The notes beneath the pieces are model-generated. The model was not told the origin of the DNA and did no database searches. It saw only the letters and a program-made list of their open reading frames with translations. A stretch of DNA of 63,304 nt from Octopus bimaculoides. Taxonomy: Eukaryota. This document shows positions 13,721-36,297 of this stretch, one piece after another (position 1 is the stretch's first letter; each line of letters opens with the position of its first letter). The position numbers and the translations under genes are program-made. The stretch covers positions 1,273,181 to 1,336,484 of the forward strand of contig NC_068991.1 in the NCBI RefSeq assembly GCF_001194135.2, written 5' to 3'.

Positions 13721-16612
13721 ACAAACACACTGCATGTATGTATCTGTAATATTACATATATGTTTATATACTACACACACACACACACACTACACCATGC
13801 ACATATACAACATACATCCACACACACAAATATGTACGTGATTATAAATTTTAATGCAACTCCAACATCAAACACTCACGCAAACGTGTTCAGACGTAAA
13901 TCACATTTTCTTTTGCTCCCAAAACAAGTATGATGTTGTCAGCATTATGTCTTTTCACAGGAAGTGATACGTTATGAAGCCCCCATGAACTTCCGGAACT
14001 TCTCCTCTCCGTTCCTTATTTTGTTATTTCTACAAGAATATACAGTAGACATATCTACAGAATGGCGAAGGAGATTCCTGAAGCCAGTCTATCGATTTCT
14101 TGGCGATTTCACCCGTGAATATAATCTGGATGGTAAGGTATACACCAAGTTGTACTTGGAAAAATCTTTCCGCTACGTTTGTTTCTTCTTCCACTTCTCC
14201 CTGTGCTCTCCAATTTCCGTTTTATCTGCTTCTTTCTGTCATTGTGTGTGTGTGTGTGTGTGTGTGTGTTTGTTGGTGTACACACACATACGCACACACA
14301 CACACGCACACACACACACGCACACACACACACAAGATTTAAGATATGAGACACAGAAAATGGAATTCACTGGTCTCTTATTCAGAACCACTACGATCGT
14401 TTCGATCATCATGCTCCTGTACCTTACAGGTGAGATGCTATGCAATCAATTGTCATGCATTATATGTGCAGATGCATCTCCTCAGGTAACTTTTCAAAAA
14501 GTATCCCGTTGTTTCTTGCTGTTTCGCTTATTTCTATAACAAAACATTTTGGTTTGTGTAACGTGTCTCCACATTGAAATCGGAGTCTTTCATTCTATAT
14601 GTGTAATTTAATAAATACAGAAGTTGTGGTTGATCTACTTCAAGTTTCATGAGAGAAAAGTACAGTATTTGTCCACGCTTATGTAAAGCGTATCATCTGT
14701 AATCCTTTAAACTTCTGAAGCTTATAAGTCTCAATAATTGCTCGATCACACCCCATACAACCCCCCTTTGAACATGGCCGAATATTCCGCCTTTCAAATT
14801 CGAAATTTGAAGTAGTTCACCCATAACTTCTCTAATTATTAAATGATTTATATAGTCTTGCTGAATTGAGTACTGTTTTCTGATCTTATCCACAAAGTAA
14901 CTTGCCGACTCGGTCAAAAAGAGATGTTGCACTAAATTATATTGCATTGTGTAGCGCGGTTATGATGACCAATGCAGGCCATCAGTGGTTATTTTGGACT
15001 TTAATGTTTAATTTACGACCTATCAACTGGTCGAGTGGCCAACGGTCCGAGTTCTGTTCAGTGCTGTTTCCCACGGCCAAAGCTCTTAAATTAGTTAACG
15101 GCTACAATTTACTTGGCACCAGAGTGACATTGTAAAGGTGACGGATTTTTCGTTAGTTTTTATACAAATGTTCAAGTCTTCTCACAAACTGCGAACCTGG
15201 TGGAGGTGTTATCAATGATACTTCTATTTCAATTCTGCTCAAACCCGCTCAAACACCCATGGGAATTAGAATGATTAAATTAATTCTTATACTTCCGTGA
15301 GTTATTATTTTCATTGGTTCATTCACTCGTTCTTTCTCTCTCGTTATCTCAAGGCCCCGTCGCTGTCAACTGGGCCCTAGTGACAACAGACCTTTATGCA
15401 ACAGAACAAAACCGCATTTCCAATATCGTAGACAACTGTCCACACTACATCGCTACAGGTAAGTAAAACCGAATATATATGTATATATATANNNNNNNNN
15501 NNNNNNNNNNNNNNNNNNNNNNNNNNNNNNNNNNNNNNNNNNNNNNNNNNNNNNNNNNNNNNNNNNNNNNNNNNNNNNNNNNNNNNNNNNNNNNNNNNNN
15601 NNNNNNNNNNNNNNNNNNNNNNNNNNNNNNNNNNNNATATATAATGAAAGCAATGAACATAAAAATAATGAAGGCAACACGGGAGGGGGACAAAAATTCA
15701 ACAAATGTTATATTAGTTTAAAGCTTACAAGGAGGGAAAAGAGCCTTGACGTTTCAACAGTTGGTCCTTCTTCAAAATATAGAAGATAAGTAAATGAGAT
15801 TGAAAAAGAATAAATGGTTGGAGAATAAATACATACATACGTACGTACATACGTTGAAATTCCTATGAAGGAGCTTTGGATCTTGGTTAGAAACCGGCTC
15901 TTTCTCTATTGGCAAAAAATCTTGAATTAAAATTGAATAATGAAAGAAACGGAGTGAGGGAGTGTGAAAGAGAGAGAGAGGGGTGTATGTGTGAAATTTA
16001 CTGCTTCTATCCGACATTTCACCTTCACATTAATGGAATCAGTTCTTGGTGTTAGACTTACTCTTACTCCAACCATTTAGCATTTCTAGTTTGTATACGA
16101 AGTACACACAGCATTATAGAAACTGCAGAAGCTTTAATGACTTCTATATATTTTTGTTTGTCACATTTTCTTCTACCTGACTATAAAAGTGTTTGAACTA
16201 TTTTTTTGTTTCTTACATTTCTTATTCCATAATTTCCCACGTGATGGCAGCACTTGCAAAACACGAACGAACATTTATCCCGCCTAATTTACACCTGTAC
16301 GTCGGTCTTTACGTTTCCTTTACCTCTGAAAGTATTACCTATCAATCTTGCTGCAATGAGTACAAATCCAAGTATGTATATATTTATTATTATTATTATT
16401 ATTTTGCTTTGGTTTTATTCCTGGTAGGATTTATATGGGTAACGGGTTACTCCATGTAACCTTAGGTACACACAAGTTTTCGGCAGCCTTTCAAGTGCTT
16501 AGAACCCTCCTGAAACAAACTTTCCTCAAGAAACAAGCTTTCTCTAGGAGCCCTACTGGGCTTTCTATTTCAATCTCCTTCAGTCATTTGTCTATATCTT
16601 GGCATACTGTTG

Positions 16613-16660
<48 letters not shown>

Positions 16661-18284
16661 GTTATTATTATTCGCCTCTCGCTCCCGCCACCCTCCCTCG
16701 ATCGGGCAGGCAAGGCAGTTTTCCTTTGCCTGCTGGCTGTGGCGAAAGAAGTTGTTTAGTGGACAAGGCTGAAAGGCATGAGGACAGATATATTCTTCAC
16801 ATTAACTTCTTCAAGTTTCACTTGAAAAAGAAATTGAGAGTGGAGAGGGAAGTGTTGCCCTCGAGTGAGTTTATTGAGAGGTGGGTGAAAGTTACGGAAA
16901 TGACAAGGGTGGATGGTACCTCTCTAAGTGTTGACCTGTGAGTCGGAGAGAAGGAATTGGAGAGTGCAGTTGCCCCTGGGGTTTCAGGGAAATCTCGGAC
17001 AGTGGAGTTCCACGATTATCCCTAGAGGCGTTCCTGTATCAGGATGGCCACATCTCTATCATCCTCCCTCCCCCCTTTTTTTTTACCTTTGTATGCTATG
17101 CATATGTCCCTTCTTTTCCAGTCTATACCGTGTATACTCTACTTTTTATTTTTTTATCATTTCATTATTTTATGTAAACCCCACACTTTATGTTGTTTTC
17201 AGTGCTACAGTCGTTTACTTGAATCCTCTGGCAAATGGAACGGCAAAGGCGGTTGATACCCGGTCTGGTGTCCAGCCGAACGCTACAATTAGCTTTGTGC
17301 CTTTTGACCAACACCAAATGGAAGAATTTCGCCGTAAGTAGTTTGTCTCTTCATAATTACACATATAGTAGAATCTCATAATACGTATAACAAATTGATT
17401 AACTTCGAGTAACTGAGAATTGATAGACAAAATCTACCCCCAAGAAATGTTTAAGATCTAAAAACTAACAAATCAAGGGATATAACTCGAATAAGATCAG
17501 TTACTTGAAATTTTTGGACAATATAGATAATCCATATTGGAGTGGAACTGATCTTTAAACCCACCTGATGACAGCAACCGACATTTTCCGATATTATTAT
17601 ACATCGTCAGCAAAAGATAATCCACTCAATTAGCAAAGCTACAAGGGATCGAGATACACACACACGTACATGATTTCTCTGCTGCACCCGGGGTATTGTT
17701 ACACGTAGAATCATTTTACCGGGATATATTTGCTTCAGTAGTTTTAAATGTTTATAGTTCTGAAGTATATGTGCTGATTGGTTTCGGTCGAATTTTTTTT
17801 TGTCATCAAAGAACCAAAATTTGCCAAGTTCGTGAATGCTTTTAAGTTTGTTAAGTAAACATTTGGTCAGTATCAAACAGCTTTCTTGTCTTTCCATACA
17901 TGAACTGGCATCTGTTCATTATACTAGACTTGTATCGAATGCCTTCGTACACTATATTGTCCACGCCGACACCGAATACTTTTTGGAGAAGATCTTCATT
18001 GATTTTCCGGGATCGATAATATTCTGAGCCCTTTGGATGATTCGCGGAGTCATTATAATATCCGAACGTTAAGAAAGTCTTTTCTGTCTTTGATATATTT
18101 AAAGATCTTGTAACATTTAGAAAGTTGGTAATTTCTAAATCACTGTCTTCCGCACATATAGCAGCAATGACTGCTTCGCTTTTCATTTCTTGTGTTTGCA
18201 TTTTATCTGCCATGGGGAATTTGAGAAGAAATAAATAGAAAAATCTTTTAACTGGCTTCAAGTCTCCCCAAATACCCCTTGCGC

Positions 18285-18322
<38 letters not shown>

Positions 18323-20056
18323 TCTTCTTTACGTTCTTTCAGTGATTAGCCATGTACTAAAGGATTATTTCTTCATTTTTCAGATTCTCTTTTCACGCTT
18401 GTTATGGTTGACCCAGACATCCCAGAGGTCTACCACTCGTTGGGTAACTCTACCTACCCACTTATCCATTGGATGACCATTAATATCATTGGCAAGGAGT
18501 TGTCGACTGGTGAGGAGGTACACTCTTATATAGGTCCTCTTCCACCTGACGAAAACCCTCATTTCTATTATTTCATTCTATTGAAGCAACCACGGAGATT
18601 GACAAAAGAAGACCTGGAAGGGTTTTATTCAGACTGTGGGGAGGCGCTTAAAGGAAGGTAAGGCCAATGTCATTTAGAAAGTGCGTGTGTGTGTGGAAGC
18701 GTGCGTGTGTTTTACAAAATGGTAAGATTTAGTATCTTGTGATGTTAGGTCCTTTTATGATCTGATTAAAAAATCTTAGAGAGTCAATAAAAATCTTTTC
18801 GAATGACTGATTTTGTACCAATATTAGAAATCATTCTCAATAACAAAAAAGTAACAGTTAAAGGCAATAAATTAGGAGGGGCAGCTAATCAGCTGAAGTG
18901 ATGCAAAAAGATATTACGATCGACATATTTGTAGCTAAAAATGACACGTGATCATTTGTTCGATCTGAAAGTTACGTTGTCGGAGTGATGGTGAGTACGT
19001 CCAGACACAAAGGCACATAAGCCAGTCGATGGGTCCGGGTGGCGGAAAGATAACGTAGGGACAGAGCCATAATTAGGTGTTCGATAGACAGTGGAAGCGG
19101 GGTACTATTTAATTCCAGGTAGATGTATGTATGTGGTTTCCACTAACGCCTTGTTCAAATATTTGGGTGTAGTGGTGAACTGGAGATCGTGGACTTTAAT
19201 GTCCATTTCGACGGCCTGCCGTGTATTTTAGCAGAGAAAATGGAATGTTGCAACAAACGGCAACAGAAGCTGAGATATTGTCGGTGGTGAGTGGTTGTGT
19301 GAGGTACAAATCGATCGGTTTGGATCGTCTGCTTTCCAAGCCTTAAAGATATACGCCATACTTGTTCCCACCTTTTTTGAAGGATGTCTATCTCACAGGA
19401 AACAGACTAGAATGCATGTCTTATCCCATGACTGCCGTGCCTGGCTCCAGTTTTATCTGATCAGATAGAAACGTTTCTTCTTTCGCTTATTGAGCAAGGA
19501 ATGCGTTCCGTTGATCTAAACGGTAAAAAACGTTGACTTTTGCGAGGAACCTTTTCCTATAGTTTGTCTTTTTGACGGAACCGCAGGTAAAGGCACAATC
19601 TGCAACTTGCGGCAAAAATTACGTTGGTGAATAAAAAAAAAACACAATAAAAATAGCCGAAACACTTTATAATGCTTAATTTGAGGAGATCGAATGTCAG
19701 GTTAGTAAATTCACCATTAGTTTCACAAAGCAACACTTCCTCTGCCGAGTTTTCCGTTTACCATTGAACTGCTTTCATCTTCTGTCTTTAGATGCCTGTT
19801 TCGTATGAGGCAGTTCGTGCAAGCTAAAGATCTGGTGTTTGCTGGTGCCACGTGGATGGCCAGTGAAAACGACAAGTATGTGAGAGCGGTGTATCTTAGG
19901 CAAGGAAGCCCACCCGACCAAGTATGTAAACAGTCCAAATATTATCAACCAGGTTGCCTCGATTCAAGTGAGGCGGTGAGACCCACCTCAGGCTGTGGAA
20001 TAATTTTTGTTTTGTACTATTTCGTTCTTTTATTGATAACGGTTGTAGCTTGTTAA
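7031..20056 (+). CDS. Secreted/GPI-like protein with two tandem PEBP (phosphatidylethanolamine-binding/RKIP)-like domains, 587 aa, 9 coding exons
   Basis: Exons 7031-7088, 10002-10403, 10853-11088, 13961-14132, 15354-15458, 16251-16371, 17203-17333, 18384-18657, 19792-20056. All are GT-AG, phase-compatible and total 1764 nt, open to TAA. N-terminus MLFKYTSHRSLLSHFFLCILFIIIMTTTPTGIA is signal-peptide-like. Domain 2 has the PEBP motifs FTLVMVDPDIP...HWMTINI...YIGPLPP...HFYYFILLKQ. Domain 1 is a degenerate copy (HYTLMFYD...YEAP...FLILLFLQ). C-terminus GIIFVLYYFVLLLITVVAC*. Extra exons inside N-gaps cannot be excluded; exon 1 is the least certain. Confidence 0.85.
11132..11250. repeat. (CTT)n/(CCT)n microsatellite
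   Basis: Trinucleotide run just after exon 3 of the PEBP-like gene. Confidence 0.97.
17560..18262 (-). mobile_element. Tc1/mariner-superfamily (maT/DD37D-like) transposase remnant in an intron of the PEBP-like gene
   Basis: AVIAAICAEDSDLEITNFLNVTRS...IVYEGIRYKSSIMNRCQFM...LLNKLK...FWFFDDKKKFDRNQ, frameshifted. Confidence 0.7.
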
Positions 20057-20165
20057 ATGTGCATGTTGGCATCTGCATTATATTTAGATATATATTTGCC
20101 ATTTGACTCACAGAAACATGCACATAGTTTACATATATATATATCTATACAAAAATGTATACCTG

Positions 20166-20171
20166 AATAAA
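20166..20171 (+). terminator. Candidate polyadenylation signal for the tandem-PEBP gene
   Basis: AATAAA about 110 nt after the stop codon, followed by GT-rich sequence. Confidence 0.45.
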
Positions 20172-20218
20172 ATATGTCTGTATATTACATATATAAAAAA
20201 GTGTGTGTGGTGTGTGTG

Positions 20219-20249
<31 letters not shown>

Positions 20250-20759
20250 TTTAAATGTGAGTATGTATGTTTATGAAAACGTGTTTGAGCCAAGAGAAGA
20301 CTGAAAGCGCTGAATACCCAGAACATTGAATGTTGAAATGTTAGGTGCAAATAGGAAAACCAGCTTTAAAAACATTTGTGGTTTTAAAACAAGTTTTATC
20401 GGAAGAACTTACTGTAATATATGCATTTCATGTTATTATGCCACGCCAGAATAACTATTCTAGAATAAAAACGGTACTTTTAAGATGAAGACTATTTAAA
20501 AAAATATTTGTTCTTTTTATCATGGGCCTTCTCAAGCACAGCATATCGCCAAAGGTCTTGGTTACTTTGCTGTGTATATAAATATAATCCTCATTAGTTT
20601 TGAGAGGAAAACACTAATACAATAATCCCTTCGCCATATCACACACTCAGTACATCCTGGATTTTTCTGGCTAATACATCTAAATTTATGGGGTGGCGAG
20701 CTGGAAGAATTGTCAGCACAATGGGTGAAAAGCTTAGCAGTATTTCCAGCTCACCACCC

Positions 20760-20791
<32 letters not shown>

Positions 20792-20899
20792 TTGATTAAA
20801 AAAAAAGAAATTAGAGAAATGATAATTAGAAGAATAATTGGAATTTTCAGAAATTTTATTGAATTTAAATACAGTAAATATTAACAGGGTATGAAAATA

Positions 20900-21470
20900 T
20901 ACTATCATTTATCACCATGATCCTTGATATCAGATAATACCTGATAATATACATATTTTCATTGATACAATATCATACGATATCTGATAAACACAATTTT
21001 CATGACAATGTCCTCACTACCATAAATCATGTATGTAATTTATACACATTCTATGACATTGTCCTGGATACCATATAGTCATGTCTGATAATATACACAT
21101 CCTTCATGATGTTGTGCTAGATTTCATGTTAAACCAAAAATATACACACATTTCATGATACTGTCCTTGACATCATATCATTTTATATCCAAAAATATAC
21201 ACACATTTCACAATATTATTCTAAATATTTCATCATATTATAAATAATGATATGCATACATTTCACAGTATAGTTCATGACAGAGCAGTAAATTGTCTGA
21301 TAAAATACATACATTTCATGATTTTGTTCTTGACACTACATCATGTTATATCTGAAGATATGCATTTTACAATAGTCCTCCACAGCATGTCATCATGTAT
21401 CTGGCAATATACTCACATTTCATGATATTGTCCTGACATATTGCAATATATTTACAAATATCATTTGGAA
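20900..21470. repeat. Degenerate minisatellite (about 55-60 bp unit) between convergent genes
   Basis: Recurrent catttcatgatattgtcctgac...tatctgataatatacaca units. Confidence 0.6.
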
Positions 21471-21512
21471 GGTAGACAGTTGTTCTTGCTTCCATGAAAA
21501 GGTGTGAGTGTT

Positions 21513-21572
<60 letters not shown>

Positions 21573-22120
21573 CAGAAGTGTGTTTTGCCTTTAAAACAGA
21601 ATATATTTTTAATAATTATAATATTCTATCATGATGCAAAAGTTTATTATTTTTGTATTAGTTCCGAAACACAATCCCAGAACAAATTAGTTGCCATAGA
21701 AAAAAACACACAAGAAACTCAGAGTAACAACAGAATGGTTCATCAACTTAAATGAATCTGAAAATTCATACACACACACACATAGATGTAAAAACTGGGT
21801 CTTATAGACAACACCTTCATAGGAAGAATGTGTCACATAAGCAAACTGGCTGACCCAAATTTACTTCAACCTTTATTTATGTGTGATTATAAGATGTCTG
21901 TATATGGACAGTTAAACAAGGTATTCAGTCACAGAGGAGTGAAACCAATACAACTCATCCTTTGTTCTTCAGTTCACAAATATATTGAATACAAAGACAA
22001 GGTATATACATCAGTCTATATATACAATACTGGTTAAAAAAACAAACAACAAAACACCAATAGGTACATGCTGTAAAAGAGTATAATATTGAAACAAGAC
22101 ACTTGTTAAAACATGATTAA

Positions 22121-22126
22121 TTTATT
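22121..22126 (-). terminator. Candidate polyadenylation signal (AATAAA) for TXNRD2
   Basis: tttatt on the + strand, about 125 nt downstream of the SECIS in transcript orientation. A second candidate lies near 21872. Confidence 0.45.
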
Positions 22127-22248
22127 AATAAATACAAAATATGAAAATAAATAATCTTCAAAACATAACATAAAAAAATACATCCAGATTGTAAAGCACA
22201 TTAATTTGAACAACACAAAGTACCCAGAGATTGTCGGTCAGTTGAACA

Positions 22249-22333
22249 CCCTCTTCAGTTATATATTCATCAGATTTGATCCACCCAGGTGGATGGGTTA
22301 AGGATTCAAATCGTCATTAGCAAAAGAAAAGGG
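22249..22333 (-). promoter_or_regulatory. SECIS element (eukaryotic type 2) in the TXNRD2 3' UTR
   Basis: The minus strand reads CCCTTTTC-ttttgcta-A-TGAC-GATTTG-A-ATCC-TT-AA-CCCA-TCCACC-TGGG-T-GGAT-CAAATC-TGAT-gaatatataact-GAAGAGGG. It shows the AUGAC/UGAU core, a 10-bp helix II with one bulge, unpaired AA 13 nt above the core, an apical CCCA/UGGG ministem, and helix I CCCUUUUC/GAAGAGGG. Confidence 0.92.
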
Positions 22334-22530
22334 GGGAGGAAGAAAAAGAAAGCATGTCATTGTCAACAACAGCAATAACAGTGGAGATGCTAGAGATGGT
22401 TACCATAACAACAGGAAGATGAGGAATGGGAGACATTTGCTAGGGATGATGGGTAGATCAATGAGGACATTATGATATGCTTCATCAACAGGTGATCAAC
22501 TCTACTCATTACAAACATCAAACTGTACTG

Positions 22531-22568
<38 letters not shown>

Positions 22569-23758
22569 CATATTTTGATGAAATTGTTCCAGCATGGCCA
22601 GAGCCAACTGGATGAAACAATTAAAAAAACATACAACAATGATAACACACACATAAGTACATATTCTCATATATATATTATCATCATTCAATATCCATGT
22701 TGGCATGGTTTGGATAGTTAGACATACATACACACACACATTGAAACATACAAACACAACATAACCCTAACACACATGCAGAGGCAATGAGATGTAACAA
22801 TCTTCTTCACTCAACTGACCGCTAACCCCCCCACCCCTGCCCTCAGAAAAAAAAAAAAACGGACAAAAGTCCAAGTTAATCCACGCTCCAATGGTCATAC
22901 TCCCAGCTCCAGGCCTCACTAATTTATGATGATGATGGTGATGATGGTTCCTTGGAAGTTTTTACAAGGCACAAAGAGAGAGAGAGGGGGTGGGGGGTGG
23001 GGGTGAGAGAGAAGTCATCTGGTTGATTTGCTTTTAAGGCAAATCCTAAGGAGGACAACAAGAATGTTCAGTGATGACATGATGACAATATTTGTCAACA
23101 ACCGTCATCTAACCAGGTTGACAGTCCAGTAAACAAACTTAGATTTGACCATCTCTCTCTGTAACTAATTCAAACCTTCATTAGAGAAGTGATGCAATAA
23201 TTACCTGGAGACTGTGTGGGTTTCTACTAACGAAGCACACAGGTGAGATCCAAGTGTATCTTAGAGTAAGATGGAATGTAAGGTGAGAGGGGGTGGGGTG
23301 GCAGGTCTGACAGGTTTTCAAATAGAGAGGCCATATGGTTGATTGAACTGAATCCCAGCATATGACTGGTACCACCTGAATGCTGCTGGAGGGGATGTCG
23401 ACTTAAGCAAGATATGAATTCAGAACAAACTATATGGTTGGTTTTTTATAAACCTGGCGCTCTTTACCATTTCTGTCAGTCCAAATACATTTCAAAAGTT
23501 TGTCATATATAGCAGAGACGGTGGGGTGGGGGAGGAATACAAGTGAGTTCTGTGTATGGAGACAACACTGTTCTTGTCATTAGCAACAGGGACAGGTCCC
23601 ACACTGCTGTGTCAGCAATAGAACTAGGCACCATGTTGCTGAGTTATCAACAAGGGCAGCTAAACAGTTGAGGTAAATGAGAGATAATCAGAAGAGTATA
23701 AAAGAAGTGATTGTAACAATTAATGAGTTGCCTGGGGGTGATGACCAATTGGAGCAAA

Positions 23759-35783
<12,025 letters not shown>

Positions 35784-36297
35784 GACAGAGAAGTGAAAAT
35801 ACAGGCGACCAGGTAGATTAATTGGTAAGGTTGGTTAAAAAAACAGAAATTAGAATTTAGAGAAGTGAAACGAAATGATGTGTTCCGTTAGATGAGAATT
35901 TATACTTGTGAATGTAACGAAACGAACAAATCTTGCATTTCGATTTATATCAATTTTAACTTCTTCAAAATGAAAACAATGAAATAATTATTCAATTCCT
36001 GTTGCTGACAATAAAGATCAGGTTTTCATTTCTGTTTAATTATAGTTATTATTTACATATATAAAGACAGGATGGATAGGGTGAAATTCAGGCTATATTA
36101 AAAACTACATTATCCAAAGAGTCTTCCTTTTTTTTTAAGGCAATAAGGTGTAAATTAAAGAATATTTAGCTACTATATCTAGCAGGTTCAGTAACCACAT
36201 AGAGACCGCAACTTCGTTACAAAACAAAATAAAGCGGTAAAATTAGGAGTTTAGAGTTATCCCCCCTGGCAGCTGAAAGGATCGGTTTCTGCGAAGA
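35784..36297. promoter_or_regulatory. Putative bidirectional promoter between TXNRD2 and RAD51D
   Basis: The divergent ATGs are separated by 514 bp, the region is locally CpG-retaining, and there is an ATTGG (inverted CCAAT) at 35821. TSSs cannot be seen. Confidence 0.7.

Noticed and set aside
20900-21470. CRISPR-like array
   Set aside because: The units are degenerate tandem repeats without unique spacers, in a eukaryotic context.
23041-23120. Alternative SECIS-like hairpin (ATGAC...AAA...GTCATC) and another at about 23440-23510
   Set aside because: No 3' UGAN to complete the non-Watson-Crick core at the correct spacing.
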